The translations under genes were made by a program, and so were the position numbers. Source: a virus (taxonomy: Duplodnaviria; Caudoviricetes). From it: a stretch of 64,000 bases of DNA. The first letter of the stretch is position 1. Each line of letters begins with the position of its first letter. This document shows positions 63,518-64,000 of this stretch, piece after piece. Under the pieces are notes generated by a model. That model was not told the origin of the DNA, searched no databases, and worked only from the letters and a program-made list of their open reading frames with translations. The stretch is taken from IMG/VR virus record IMGVR_UViG_3300032328_000581, positions 1 through 64,000 of that record; one strand, given 5' to 3'.

Positions 63518-63858
63518 GCTGTTATTTGACTCCCAAACGCGTGAAAGGTAATAGATGAGGATGTTCCTGTAGCCACAGTAATTGTGTCATATGGGGCTAG
63601 GGTTATTCCAAGAGTAAATGTTTGTGTTGTGTTGCCTGCAATAGGTACAGTTAAAGCTAGTGCGTTTCCTGTGCTAGCTACAGCTGGGGTTGTACCGGTA
63701 GCCTTGCGAACATAAATAGTCGCAGTTGCTAGGGTTGGCGTCACATTGGCTACCGCAATAGTTGAGACAATAGTTTGGGTAGCTGCAGGGCTAGAGTATA
63801 GATCTAGGTTTGAACCGGATGGTGTAGCCTGTCCAAGAATGAGATAATTTGTAGGCAT
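63514..63858 (-). CDS. Virion structural protein (small beta-sandwich)
   Basis: YLILGQ..P, LY..P...TIVSTI.VAN and FHAFGSQI. Confidence 0.65.
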   Translation of the reverse strand: MPTNYLILGQATPSGSNLDLYSSPAATQTIVSTIAVANVTPTLATATIYVRKATGTTPAVASTGNALALTVPIAGNTTQTFTLGITLAPYDTITVATGTSSSITFHAFGSQITA

Positions 63859-63872
63859 TGTGCTCCCTGTAA

Positions 63873-64000
63873 TTAGATGTGGCTAAGGTAGTACCCCATA
63901 TTAACTTGATATCGCTCATTAGAGGGGTCTAAACTAAGAGCAATTTGCCCGTGCAGGGCTGCAGTTTCGTATTCTTTTAGGTTATAACTTGCTAGTGCTA
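63873..64000 (-). CDS. C-terminal end of a TPR-containing protein (truncated by the window edge)
   Basis: Read by hand: ...ALASYNLKEYETAALHGQIALSLDPSNERYQVNMGYYLSHI*, a TPR pattern. Confidence 0.55.
   Translation of the reverse strand, partial: ALASYNLKEYETAALHGQIALSLDPSNERYQVNMGYYLSHI

Noticed and set aside
48543-63630. One-mismatch copies of the 12-mer at 48543, 53633 and 63619
   Set aside because: Mixed orientation, inside coding sequence and possibly chance; not counted in the array

Overview
A 64-kb internal segment of a large, apparently lytic myovirus (contractile tail) that almost certainly infects Actinobacteria. It has three whiB genes, an MSMEG_6728-type glycosylase and an actinophage-type holin; the moderately low GC, judged by eye, would fit freshwater actinobacterial hosts, which is an inference. 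Bases 1-10.2 kb are a + strand early/host-takeover block with a tRNA-CAT, several candidate structured RNAs, WhiB, a MoxR AAA+/vWA-peptidase pair, a HicA-like protein, a pyrimidine-dimer glycosylase and many small ORFs. A 20-bp inverted repeat at about 10.2 kb marks the convergence point. The rest is almost all - strand. It holds a class II RNR, a TGT-like/HAD-like/nucleotidyltransferase trio, a cluster of basic low-complexity proteins, a + strand island (PA14 surface protein, lipoprotein, membrane proteins, CHAP endolysin), a recombination/replication module (RuvC, Cas4-like nuclease, Hjc, RecA, PolA, SSB, SNF2, primase, DnaB, DnaC-like loader, initiator) and baseplate/tail/neck genes. No capsid, terminase or integrase gene was recognised in the window. 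The most unusual signals are non-coding: (1) an exact asymmetric 12-mer, CCAACACAAACA, spaced through the early block in different reading frames and overlapping terminators; (2) three abutting H-type pseudoknots between the tRNA and whiB; (3) a tRNA-minihelix mimic ahead of moxR. Other notable points are a predicted +1 frameshift in the tail chaperone, a probable ATA start codon and a candidate replication origin inside the initiator gene. All protein calls come from motif recognition by eye; no database search was run.
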